From: Epiperipatus broadwayi
Lineage: Eukaryota; Animalia; Onychophora
NCBI GenBank assembly: GCA_028023455.1
Contig: JAQFVV010000002.1
Location: 16,864,001 to 16,928,000, forward strand
Direction: 5' to 3'
DNA: 64,000 nucleotides
In this document: positions 11,109 through 23,750 of the stretch, piece by piece
How positions within the stretch are numbered: the stretch's first letter is position 1
How the letters are laid out: each line of letters opens with the position of its first letter
Translations under genes and position numbers: made by a program
Notes under the pieces: generated by a model
Seen by the model: the letters and a program-made list of their open reading frames with translations, nothing else
Database searches by the model: none
What the model was told of the DNA's origin: nothing

Positions 11109-14100
11109 ATTACTTTCTTTATAAGTAGCCTGTCTTCTATATCAACAATAGTGCTATAAATATCAGTTTTCTTGAAAGACTTTATAATGATTTCTTTTTT
11201 AATGCCATTTCATCACATCTTTATCCAATCATATACCTGGATATTGATGACCTTTTTTTTATTCCTGTTGGTGTTAAATCTTGCTTTTTGATATCATGGA
11301 ACGATTCCAGTTTTATTTATATTACATGTATATAATGTGCCTTCCATTTTTTTTTTACTTTTAAATTTTTTTTTTTTAAAAAGTGTGCAGTATATATAGA
11401 TCTATTTCCAAAATAATTTGAAAAACTTGTTCAAACAAATAAAAAATAATATTTTTATCTGAATAGAAATACATTTTGAACACTTGTCATTTACATCTGA
11501 TTTTAGTTATAATAAATAAATAAATTTGATGGTCTTGTAATAAATTTGGTTTTCAGTAATGGCAAAATCAATGGAAAGTAGTTAAAGATTAATTTTTATT
11601 TTAAGAAATAAAGTACTATATGTTTACTCTTTTTCCACTACTTTTTTTTGTTTGTTTACTGTATATAAAATAAAGCTGTTCATAAATTAATTTAGATTGA
11701 TATTTCCACTTCTATGGCACAGAAATAAAAAACATCAGTGTAATGTTTTTTTTATATATAATACAGAACCCTAAGAAGATATTAAGGAATACGTTATCTG
11801 ACAAGAATTAGTCTTATAAGTATGTTAAAATTGCAAACTTTTTGAATTTAAAGAAATCAAATTGATGATTGATGTCTGATTAGTTGGAATATCCAAAACT
11901 TTCTATTGGATCCATAGTTAATAAATTCCATATTTTAAAAGCGGAAATTGATTGATTTCTGTATAGTTTTCTTTATTAATTTTCATTTTTACAGTGTCAA
12001 AGAAATATATCTGACCCATCTGAGAATTGAAATGGATGCTGTTATATCTTAAGTAATATGTTTACTTATTATCATCATCAGTAGCTACTAATTAACAGAT
12101 GCTATATATTCCAGAACATTTTTTAAAGCTTTTTTCTAATGTCTCTATTTATGTACTTTTTTTTATTATTATAAAATTGATAACTATGTATTTTCTTTCT
12201 TTATGTGTTTTTTTTTTTTTTTTTTACATTCTTTGCTGGCTCATATAGTTTATTCTTTGTCTTTTTTTTTCTTACTTTTCAACATATGCCAATTCATCTT
12301 TTTTTTTTTTTTTTGTCTTTTAATTTTCTTGATATATATATACACACACACACTATTTTAATGGAAATATTTGTCATGTTTCCCAAATATGGTGGAGTTG
12401 ATGACTTGTTGGTACTTTTCATAAATGTTATCATTAGCTTTATTTTACTTTTATAATAAAGAAAGAATGTAATATGTTTTACAAGATGCCACAATGAATG
12501 TCTAGTAAATATTGTAAATAATCAGCCACTCATATACTGCAACAATATCCCTGTAACCAAACTTAATAAAGAAACATGAATACAGAAAACAAAAGAAATA
12601 CAATCAATAAAACAAAATGATACTAATTAAATAAATTAATATATTAGCAGCTAAGTTGGCTATTTATATTATGGCTTATATTAATACAACAAAAATTATA
12701 TATTTAAATTAACAATTGAAATTATTGATCAGAATATTTATGCAAGAATATACTAGTTTTGAGAGAATGAATTTAATCTATATACCATTCCTCAAGAATT
12801 TTAATAATGATTAATGTTAATTAAACCAATAATTGTAATGATATTTTGTTATAATAAAAGATAAGTATTTACATAATAATAATTTAAGAAAATCAATCAA
12901 AGAAAGTAATAATATAGATTACATCTTTTACTTACATTCCTAAACAATGTGAAATTTATAATGCATATTAAATAAATTATATGACAGAAGGTGAACAGAC
13001 TTATGCAGAATTTTCTCTTATCCACGGTTTCAGAGGGAAGGCTTGATATTAGAATGATAAGCATAGATATTTCATTCTGGGTGATGTAGACAGGTCCAGC
13101 AAGTTAGACAATAAGATATTATAACTATATATTATCATAACAGCAAATAAAAAGCTAAAGTAATTGTAATATTATATGTACATAGATGCATTGTATATTT
13201 TAATAAATAATAAATTGTGGAAACAATAAATGAAAGCATATATATTGTAACAGTATGGAGAAATTTAGGGGTGAACTGGGGGTGGTGCCACATTTCATCT
13301 GGGATAATGGCACATTTCATCATCACCCCCAAATAACAAAATATGGAATTAAATATAAAAGGAATGAACATGAGAGATCAGAACAGAACTAACTATAAGT
13401 TCACTAGCCTTAAACAAAAGCAATAATGATCATTCATCATCATGAATGATCAATAATAAAAATAAATAATTAAAATGAAATGTAGAGCATGGACTTTAAA
13501 GGATATCCCCTTTGTGTCAACCAGGATCATCATCTAGATGTCTATAACACTAAATATAAACATATATAACAGACCATTATGCATGAATCCAGCTCAGTGA
13601 ACAAAAACTATAATTTACTGTGAGCAAGAGATATAATTTTAACATATAAAATTTTAAATCTATTGTAGAATTAATTAAATTCACTGGATTAACTTTAACA
13701 GTGAAATATAAATTTATTAATTAGAAACAGTAAAGTGAAATTAAGGTCTGCTGATCATGCTATAAATATATATTCAGCATTCTGATTTTGATTAATAGAA
13801 AAAGAAATAAGCTATTACATTGTGATTGATAAATGTACCTATATATATAAACACTCAGATGTGTTGTATAATAATTTAAAAATGAACATGCTCGAATTGT
13901 CATAGACTTATAAGAATTCATTTTTAGAATACATAATAATTTAACAATTTACAAAGATTTTTAGATGTTTACATGACACATGTCTATATAAATAAGCACA
14001 GATATGCTGTATAAAACATTCTATTTTTAATGATACATAAATAATGATTGATTTAATATATGTTTGAGTACCCATCCAAATGTGAGCACACACAAATGTT

Positions 14101-14249
14101 TATATCTTAGTGATATTTCCTTAGTTAACAAATAAACTTATTAAAAATATTCTATTTATACCAAACAATTAATTCAATGTCAAAAACATATACATAACCA
14201 ATGCCCACATATGTGCTTATATATGTTTTTACTAATTAAGTCATTGGTT

Positions 14250-14700
14250 AACTATTTCCAATGGTAAATAAGTTTTTTTTCTCTTTCCAAAAAATATTAC
14301 TTCTTTGACAGTCCTTCATAAAAGTTTTTTTTTTCTTTTTTAACAAATAATCACTCCTTCGATCCAGTTTGGAAAGTCTTTCCACTTAGAAAAAAGATCT
14401 TTGGAGTTTCCCATTATTTTCCAATCTAGAAAGATTTTTGGGGTCTACTTTTTTAATTTGAAAATAAAATCATTTATGAATCAATCTTTTGTTTTTAGAC
14501 ATTGTGTTACTTTTAAATTTGAGATTTTAACAATCATCAAGAAAGTTCCAGAGTTTCACTTATAGTCAATAAAACTGGAAACGGTCATTTATATATCTCC
14601 AATCTTAATCATCTCAATACATAACTATTAGCTGAAGTTTATTTTGATGTTTCTGCTTTATCACTGAACTATTTTTTTTATTCTACTGATCCATTTTTCA
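14250..14700 (-). mobile_element. RTE-type LINE 3' relic
   Basis: - strand gives TPKIFLDWKIMGNSKDLFSKWKD, resembling RxPKxILxW...GxRxxGRPxxRWxD. Heavily decayed. Confidence 0.4.
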
Positions 14701-15247
14701 GAGACAATAATCAATTATGATAATCTTCATCTACAAACTTTTTGAACGTTTTATTTTAGAAGACTTGAAGTGTAGCAAATACTTTAATTAATTATTCAAA
14801 ATTATGCTAATATTAGTACACTGTATTCTGCATAATACTTGTTTTACTGAAACCTGACATTTCAGTTTTCCAATACTAAAATATGATACTTGTCTATTGT
14901 ATATAGTCTACTATAATAAACTATGAACAACTCTGTCATTAAAATTCAATCATCTGTATGCAATTAAAGTTTTGTTACATAGATAAAATGTAAAAAACAT
15001 TAATTATAATATTATTGCACTTTTGTTACTTAGCATCTCTTACTAAGGCAAATGTTAGTATAACATTTTGCATTTGAAAAGGATGTTTATAAAAAGCAGT
15101 AATATAATTTTCTATTAATTCTTTCTAAACTATTATTCAATACCTAAACAATTATCTGCAGTTATCTTGATATATATGGGAGCAGACTTTAATCTAGCAG
15201 CCATACACTCATTAGTTATTCTTAGAAAATAACATACAAAAATTTTA

Positions 15248-15461
15248 TTAAACAAGGCAAAACTCTCCATACAGTAGTGCCAACCAGAGTAATCAATGGA
15301 TATCCCTAGACTAGATAGGGATTTTATGCACAAGCCTTCTGGCATCCATTGATTACTGTGGTTGGTACAGGGTGACACTACTGTATGGAGAGTTTTGCCT
15401 TGTTTAAAAACAATTATGTGCTAGTATAAGAGATGGTGATCATGTGATGTTTAGTGGTTTA
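15248..15461. mobile_element. R454 family copy B (foldback-like 3' fragment)
   Basis: Exact 14-bp TSD atacaaaaatttta (15234-15247, 15462-15475). Ends at the family 3' terminus gtttagtggttt. Confidence 0.9.
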
Positions 15462-16490
15462 ATACAAAAATTTTAATAACTTGATAAATTTATTACTCAT
15501 AATATGTATATGAATTAATAGAGTGAATATGTTAAACTAGCAGATTGCTGGTAGAGCTTCGTAATGTAATCAGTCTAAATTCACATGAACATATCTGTAT
15601 AGAGTTGGACTCTATTACAACCTTTTATTAATGTCTTTCATTTCAAAACTATTAACCTTCAAAGTTATTTTCCCATAATATTTTTATCACCATTTACAGT
15701 TCACCAATTTCAGGTTTACCAAGACGTTTTTATAACTTCACTAATTTGCTAATTATTTCACTATAGTTCTTATGCAAATTAAAACATTTAGATTAACTTT
15801 CATTTTGCATAATTCCATATTTTATTTCCAGAGAGGCAACTATTTTTCTCCCTATTGACTAGTTCTGATCACAGACATATAAATCTTTATTTAATACATA
15901 GACTAGTCAGTAGATGGCATATCTACAATTTCTTTGTATTCCATTTGAAATATCAAACCCTATCTCTCTTTGCTTATTTCTTAGACATGTAATATGGAGA
16001 TCAAATAATAGAAAACAACCATGGAGGATGCAATTATTATTTTCCAGACTGTAAATAACTCCTATAAATATCTTATTTTAATATTGGTATCCAGATATAG
16101 TGGACAATGTATTGATTGATTCATGGAAGAGATGATTATTAGCTCAAACTAAAAATTTTTTTGTACTTTATGCATAAGTGGTACAATGAGTATATAAAGC
16201 AATATATTAAAAATCTAAAGTTCATAGAATAATATATTAATAAAGACTATCTTAATAATAACGGAGTAAATGTAAAGAGAAATAATATTATTTAAATTTT
16301 TTTAAGGTAATTTTTTTATATACAATAAATATGTTAGTGTTTTTAATTATATACTGTAGTATACAAACAATACAAAACAAATATTTTAAAAAAATATATT
16401 GCATTTCATTTTTTTTTTATTTGTTTTAAATAATATTTAAATTTACAGATTTTACATAAAACTTTAGTTGTAGTTGCTAATTTACATATA

Positions 16491-16668
16491 TTATAAATCT
16501 GAACTAAATCTTTTATTTAAATTTTTATAAGAAGATTCACTATCTTCATAGTTTGGTGGTTTATAATTAATGTTATTCTGTGGTTTATATATTGTGAAGT
16601 TTGATTGTTTTTGATTTAAATCATTTCCGGATAGAACAACATTGTCATCTAGTGATTCATTCCCACTT
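16491..16668 (-). CDS. Cad87A: Cad87A/cadherin-23-like cadherin, terminal exon (cytoplasmic tail)
   Basis: ttttttagccttag|A AGT... gives (R)SGNESLDDNVVLSG...KPPNYEDS...RFSSDL*. The SLDxN motif and PDZ-like end fit this cadherin class; phase 2 matches exon 32739-32804. Confidence 0.85.
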
Positions 16669-16775
16669 CTAAGGCTAAAAAAAAAAATTATCACATATAT
16701 ACAAAAATAAATAATACTTCTGTTAATATATAACTAAATATAATATAACAATTTGTCAATTGTTAAAACAAAGAA

Positions 16776-17238
16776 TCTATATGTATTGCCACACACAGAA
16801 AGCTAGAGTAATCAATGGATGCCAGAAGGCTTGTGCATAAAATCCCCATCTAGTTCCTACTCTTCCAATATCCCCAGACTAGTTTCTGGCTTGTGGCCTT
16901 CATCAGTGAGGAGCCTTGGATCTGAGAGCACTGCACCTAGATCTTAGGATCTAATGCAATCCTCTAGCAGCCACCTTTTATCTCCACTTAACTACAAAAC
17001 TATGAATCTTAAACTGAAAACATCTTAATATTTTCAATCCAAGCTCATTAGCTTATATAGTCATATAGTCTTGGGATATTGGATGAGTAGGCACTAGATG
17101 GGGATTTTATGCACAAGCCTTCTGGAATCCATTGATTACTCTAGCTTGCTGTGTGTGGCAATACGTATAGCGAGTTTTGCCTGTTCTAACAAGTTATAAG
17201 CAAGCATAAGAAATGGTGATCATGTAATGTTTATTGGC
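16776..17238. mobile_element. R454 family copy C (- strand body with intact HHR, then + strand 3' arm)
   Basis: Exact 13-bp TSD ttaaaacaaagaa (16763-16775, 17239-17251). The + arm begins at agtc-ttggga, i.e. at the HHR cleavage site. Confidence 0.9.
16864..16920 (-). ncRNA. Type I hammerhead ribozyme, core intact
   Basis: - strand reads tccaa ggc tcctca CTGATGA a ggc cacaa gcc a GAAA c ta GTC tgggga ta ttgga. 6-bp stem I plus 5-bp distal helix; palindromic CTAG stem/loop III; cleavage predicted at 16877/16876. Confidence 0.88.
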
Positions 17239-17283
17239 TTAAAACAAAGAAACTTTAATATAAATAAAATAAAATAACTAACT

Positions 17284-17327
17284 ATTGCCAAGAGGTTTCA
17301 ACTCTTAAGAGTCCTTATCAAGGCAAT
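17284..17327 (-). ncRNA. PLE 3' hammerhead, U3-A8 core, stem III damaged
   Basis: attgcc TTGATAA g gactc ttaa gagtt GAAA cctctt ggcaat; perfect 6-bp stem I. Confidence 0.7.
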
Positions 17328-18260
17328 GTAAAAAAATTCTATTTTCTCCTAGGTGATAAATTCAACATTTCATTGTATTGGCCAGGAACAACTAATTGGA
17401 AAGCTGGTTAATTTTGAATTCATAGCACAAGAAGAATTTTGTATAAGATACAATTCTTTAATCTTGCATTTTTTATCATGTGTTTCATGCATTAATATTG
17501 TAAAATCCTTTGGACTACATATATGGCCTACACTGTTTTGGTGAACATAAAAAGCTGAATAAAATGTATCAATCTTCTCTTGCTCTATTATATGTATATT
17601 TATGTTGTTGAAGGCGATATTTAATATTTGTTTTGGTTTCTCCAACATATAATGCCTAACAATTTATTTGTGGACATCTAATAGAATATACAACACTGCT
17701 TTTATCCTCCTTATTTATTACTCCCTTAGAATTATTTATTAATCTATTTAGGTTAGCGGAGTTCTCCATGCTAATCGGAAATCTTGACTTAAAACTTTTA
17801 CTATATTTTTATTAATATTGGGAATAAAAGCTAATGACATCCATGGTTTATTATTCATATTTATATGATCACCATTATAATGTTGTTTATAATATTTCAA
17901 CACAATAAATAATAGCCTTTGTTTATTATAAGCCACTTGTATCAAATCTTGCATATAACATTTTATATTATCTTTCTTAAACATTTCATTTGAACACAAT
18001 CATTGATTACGTTTTAAAAAAACTCTAAAACCAGTTAATTTGTATACTAAAGGAACATTAGATGTTGGATGAATATAAGCTCTATAATCTATATGTTTTA
18101 CAACCATTTTATATGCTAATTTATCATCAATACTTGATATTTGCAAATCCAGGTATTTAATATTAGAATTGTCCTCTCTTTCTATTGTCCAAACCATCCT
18201 GGTTCTGCAAACTATTAAAAATATTTTAATAATTATTTTTATTTTATTTATATTAAAGAT
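17284..18260 (-). mobile_element. Penelope-like element, 5'-truncated relic (RT C-terminus, linker, GIY-YIG, 3' HHR)
   Basis: WTIEREDNSNIKYLDLQI, AYIHPTSNVP..K..FRVFLKR, VVYSIRCPQINC*ALYVGETKQ and H.NSVGH...DFTILMHE...KIKELYLI. Confidence 0.9.
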
Positions 18261-18299
18261 TCTCTGTTTTAACAATGACAAATTGTTATATTTATACAT

Positions 18300-18655
18300 T
18301 GGTGCTGATTTAGTATACGCTCTCAGCCACTATTTTGAATTACAAGAACCGCCCAAAACCACGCTGACACATCCGACTGATAAATGACTTCGATCAAAAT
18401 GGCCATTTTCATAAATAAATAAAAAACCCAATTTTCATAGTTATAAGAAATGTAATCACATGACTAAAATATTAAAACACAAAATTCAACAATTGGGGTT
18501 TTGGGTTTTTTTTTATGAAAATGGCGATTTTGTAATGAATGGTCAGATCACAATGTATAGATTGATTGATGTCATTTATCATTGGATATGTCAGTGTGGG
18601 TTTTGGGCGGTTCTTATAATTGGAAATGGCCATGAGTGCATGCTAAATCAGCAAA
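18300..18655. repeat. Foldback element abutting the truncated 5' end of a PLE; related to 38228-38395
   Basis: Arms ...gaaccgcccaaaaccacgctgacacatcc / ggatatgtcagtgtgggttttgggcggttc..., with nested inner inverted segments. Confidence 0.8.
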
Positions 18656-19760
18656 TATATTTGTGTTTGCATGATAAAAGTGTCACATTAAAACTATGCA
18701 AAACATTTATTATTATTATTATTATTTTGTCTTTTGAAGTACATTATCTTAGCCTGTTTATCTTTTATCAATGTTTTAACTAATATATATCATTTACAAT
18801 ACTTGTTTGATTTCAAAGAAAAATTATAATCATATGACCCCAACTTTTAAGTAATAAATCTATTTATCCTACAGCTTGCCACCTAGTGTAAACTTGAGTA
18901 ATCAGAAGATGAATAAAGGTTTAATATTAATTTATGATCATGAAATTTTGACTTCCATTATTAATTTGAAAGTAATATAAAATATTATTTAGTCATACTT
19001 ATTTTTGAGATGGTTATTTCTGAATACTCACTGATGGCTTCTTTTAGTTGATCAAGTTATTTTAATTTTCAGGGTATATATACATTTTGAAAGAAATTTT
19101 ATTTATTCACATAATTATCTTTGTCTACAATAATTCAATTTTTGAAGTAAATACACAGTCAATCATAATTGAAATAGTATTAATGTCAAACGTTGATAAA
19201 CTTTACTTATGGATTCTGTATTTAAAGTTGATTTGATGTTTTAATTTCATAGTCTTGACAAACAGGATTAGCTCTAAATTTTTACCATGCTAAGTATTAA
19301 TCACAGAGTTTTCTATAACTTAATGATAAAGGTAAACCATAGACAGCCTTTAAAAGTGTATGGCACTTCTTCACCATTTATGAAAGCTGTCTCATATTAC
19401 AATTATATTTATCATTTCCAAACATTACACCAATAATCATCCAATATTATACCACATGGTCTCTTTTTTTTATCATAGTTTGGATTACATTAAAGTGTCT
19501 TTTATGATTTTTTTATACAACAGTAGACAAAATATTCAAACTTTTACATTTTAGTCAATTCCATTCAGAGCCAAACTACTTAGATATTTTTAAAAAATTA
19601 TCTTATTTTCAGATAAAGATATATTACTTTATAATTGCTATAAATGAAGTCGAGAACAATTCTCTTCATTAAAATTTTTATTTATTTTGAATGAGAATTC
19701 ACTAAAAAAAAAATTCAAGAAACTACAATATAATGTTTTGGATTATGTGTATTTTATTTT

Positions 19761-20370
19761 AAACCACTAAACATCACATGATCACCATCTCATGCTAGCA
19801 CATAACTGTTATTGGATGAGTAGGCACTAGATAGGGATTTTATGCACAAGCCTTCTGGCATCAATTGATTACTCTGATTAGCACAAGGTGGCACTACTAT
19901 ATGGAGAGTTTTTGCCTGTTTACTAACAGTTATGTGCTAGCATGAGATGGTGATCATGTAATGTTTAGTGGTTTAACACCAATCCTGCCTAATAGGATAA
20001 TGGTGGCTATGGTCGTTAAAGAGCCAAAGTCACCAAAATGTATGGGTGCTGAATTAAGTTCAGACCCATATGACTATATAAGCTATTGAGCTTGGATTGA
20101 AAATATTACTGTGCTTTCAATTTCATTCTCATAGTTTTGTAGTGAAGTAGAGATAAAAGGTGGCTGCTGGGGGGTTGCATTAGATCCTAAGATCTAGGTG
20201 CAGTGCTCTCAGATCCAAGGCTCCTCACTGATGAAGGCCACAAGCCAGAAACTAGTCTGGGAATATTGGATGAGTAGGCACTAGATAGGGATTTTATGCA
20301 CAAGCCTTCTGGTATCCATTGATTAATCTGGTTAGCACAAGGTGGCACTACTATATGGAGAGTTTTTGCC
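19761..20370. mobile_element. R454 family copy D (short inverted arm plus 1.2 head-to-tail units; defines the 454-nt monomer)
   Basis: Exact 13-bp TSD tgtattttatttt (19748-19760, 20371-20383). attggatgagtagg at 19811 recurs at 20265. Confidence 0.92.
20214..20270 (+). ncRNA. Type I hammerhead ribozyme, core intact
   Basis: tccaa ggc tcctca CTGATGA(20228-34) a ggc cacaa gcc a GAAA(20248-51) ctaGTC tgggaa ta ttgga; cleavage predicted after 20257. Confidence 0.85.
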
Positions 20371-21949
20371 TGTATTTTATTTTGTTTATTCAAAATAAAA
20401 TTGAATAAATTAATACTTATAATGTGTACACAATTGCTTATTTATGATTATTTATAAATACGGCTTTATTAATTAATTCATATTTAAGAAAACAAATTAA
20501 AAAACATATAATGCAATAAAAATCTATTTTATTTCCTGGAAGGTTTTATTGTGAACCCATTAATAATATCATAATTTATTCTCTTTTGTAAATTCTGATT
20601 CACTAGATAAAATTTTTAATAAAGAGAATCATTCTTGACCTATGCTGGTTTTACATTAACATGGCTAGCCCATTGTGAAATATTTAAGCATACATAGCCG
20701 AAAAATCAGCATCACCACACAACTAGTACTTTTACAATATCGGGCGTTGAAATTACAGAATTCTGGTGGGAAAAAAATTAATTATGTTTTTCAAGTAATA
20801 AAGCATTTTATTGTTTGATTTTCACAGAAAGCATGTATCATGGTAATTTGATAAATGGGAATTCTAGTGTGAGCGCACCATTCACACTGCCCTCGGGTTA
20901 GCGGTCGCTATCACACATTCAAACTTAAAATAAAGATCTGACTTTACCCTTCAAGTTTTCCAAATATCAAATAACTTTTTAAAAAATAAATCACTTAGAG
21001 GATAGCAAAAAAAGCTAAAAAATTCAACGTTTTCAATTTCTAATTTATTTATTTTTTAGTTTTGGGTGGAGTTAAGCGTAAATATTATAACTCCACAAAG
21101 AAAAAAAAGCGCAAAAAAATGAGCTTTTTGAATGACTATAAAACCTACCTGTTGATCCCAAAATAATATATATTTTACAATGTTTTTAAACTTCTGTTTG
21201 TAGCTCTCTGTTGTATTTTATTGTCAGCAATATCCTATTAATAAAAATGATGAATATTACATTTTCTAGAGTATCTTTAAAAATAATTTTTATAATTTAA
21301 ATGGAATTTGTTTTTCTCAGAAAACTCATAATCAAGTTTGCTATAAATTACCATTCAATCACTTCTCATGCCCATTATTATGAAGTTGCAGCTTTATAGT
21401 AGTGGATTGTAAAGCACTATATTCAGAAACTTCAGCAATGTAAAGATTGATGTGATATGTTGGACTATTTCCATCATCTATGAGATAATGTTATGTGTGT
21501 GATTACTAACAAGTTGTTTGTATGTGGAAAGTTTAAAATTTGCTATACATTCAACATTCACTCACAGATGATGAAAATAGTCCAACATATCACATCTAAT
21601 AATATACCATCATCACAAACCTTCAGACAAATGTTAAGTTTGATCTTATGGTTTTGTCATCAGATTTTAAAAACGTTATACAACATTTTAAAGGAAATAT
21701 ATTATACGCTATCATTAAAAAGTTCATTATCATGTACATACAATAAATTGAAAAAAATAACTCCATATACAAATAATTTAGCAGCCATAATTATATTACA
21801 TAGCGGAAGTACATTGAAGTTTATGTTGAATCTCAATACCTATATCCTCCTTTTTATCTAAAAAAATACCAAGATATTTAAATTGATTTATATTTTTAAA
21901 TTGATAGCCATTCAATCTTAATGGTTGGTGCTGTACATTTTTCTTTCAT

Positions 21950-23750
21950 CATTAGCTGATGGGGATTTAAATTTTTGAACTGCAATTAATAAGCAAATGC
22001 TTTTATAGGTTGCGTTCAAAATATTAAGAAAATTGTATAAATCGTCTTTTAAATGGCAGGAAAAGTATAACCAACCAGCATACTCTGAATCAAATATGAT
22101 ATTTATGTTTTTGCTTTAATCAGTTCAAATTGAAATAAACCTTTATTGCTCTTTCATCCTTTACAGAGTCATCTCCAAAAATCACTTTCATAAGAACAAA
22201 AAACAAAATTGGAATTAGTATGCATTCTTGTTTGACATCAGTTTCCATTACAAATGTCTCAGGTTTTGTAATAATACTTTCTGTCATTTTATTGTGTGAA
22301 AGCAGTATAGTAGAATAAACTTTAGCAGTCAATCAACTAATTTTAAACATTGCTTCAAACATTTAAGTTAGAATCAAATTATCAAACCAATAAAATCAAT
22401 ATATAAATTGTATTTTTTTTTTTTTTACGATTCTTTTGCATTTTCTTTTAATTCTTTAAAACTACTTTGAGTCTCTGGTAACCATTTTTCTATGAAGCAA
22501 TCAAACTATTCCAATACCTATCACAGAATTTTATGAATGCATAAAATTTTTTGTAAATAATGCATCATTATCATATTTTAAAACATTAGGACCAGCAGTC
22601 TTTCCATATTTAAAATTTCAAATAACTAATTTAACTTTATTAAACTAAACATCTTTGGTCAAATTAATGTTATCAATTCTTGAATCATCTAGGCAAAACT
22701 CTCCATACAAGCATAAGAAATGGTGATCATGTGATCTTGAATCATTATTCAAAAAATATTCTCTAAACCTGTTCAAAATATTAACTTTACCACAAATCAC
22801 AGTGCAATCTATATTATCATTTTTTTGAATCAATATGATGCTTTTAATGTACCAAAAAAGAATATAAGAAGACCACAATCACAAATGGACAGATCTTTGA
22901 ACTTTCAATTCATCAATCATTTTTTAGTTTTCTTATCAGTCATTGAACTTTTTATTCTAAATTGTCATATTGTTTTTGAAGCTTTATATTCAATTTATTA
23001 TTTTGCCCAGCAGAAGTTACTAAATGTTTTCTTTGAATCCAAATCATTAATAATAGAATCATAGTAGAGAACCAGTCAGAATTCTTTTCAATAAATTCAA
23101 GAGAAGATTTTTTTCACAAAAAACACTCCCTATGAGAAATGTATGCCTGACTGACATGAAAGGTCTTTCCCTGAAAAAGTTTAGAAGAATGGTAGGATGT
23201 CAGATTCTAGAATATAGTGTCTTAGAATGGATTCTGGTGCTGGCACCTTTAGTGCTTGGATTTCTTATAAGTTCTTGAGCAATAAGACCATAGAAATATA
23301 TACTGGCAAGGCTTGCAGATCCAAATAGGTAATTTTGGTGTTTAAGGATTGTTAAAATGTATCATTAGTAGATACTCCAAAAGAATGAACATTAAATTTT
23401 GAGCTGATATGTTTGGAATAGAATCTTTTTAATGCAGCTACAACTTTGATCTTGGAGTATCTAAGTTTATGATCTGTTCAAAAATATGCATCTGTGAATG
23501 TTCATGTAATATGGATTTTTTTTGCAACATCTAACTATAATGTAATTTATTAGATGTGATTATTGTGAATATGCGCATATCCAAATTTCTATTTAGCAAT
23601 TTTTTTCTGCTTAAGCAAAGTGTTCATAATAGTTAAATTATTTGTCGTATCATAACAGCAGATCATCTGAGTTCACAAAGCCATTATCATTATTTTCAAT
23701 AACTTTGGGATAAAGTATTTTAATGGTAATATACTAACACCATTCAACAA
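21950..23750 (-). mobile_element. Decayed RTE LINE (APE endonuclease end, linker, RT)
   Basis: NNLTIMNTLLKQK (APE), TDHKLRYSKIK..KFNV (linker), KYGKTAGP and ETDVKQECILIPILF (about TGVKQGCILSPxLF). Confidence 0.7.
22689..22734. mobile_element. R454 family copy E, 46-bp mini-insertion
   Basis: 11-bp TSD tcttgaatcat (22678-22688, 22735-22745). Inverted aggcaaaactctccatac is joined to the direct near-3' end aagcataagaaatggtgatcatgtga. Confidence 0.85.

Noticed and set aside
13267-13330. ggggtga...tcacccc with internal 13-bp direct repeat
   Set aside because: Too short to classify; single occurrence.
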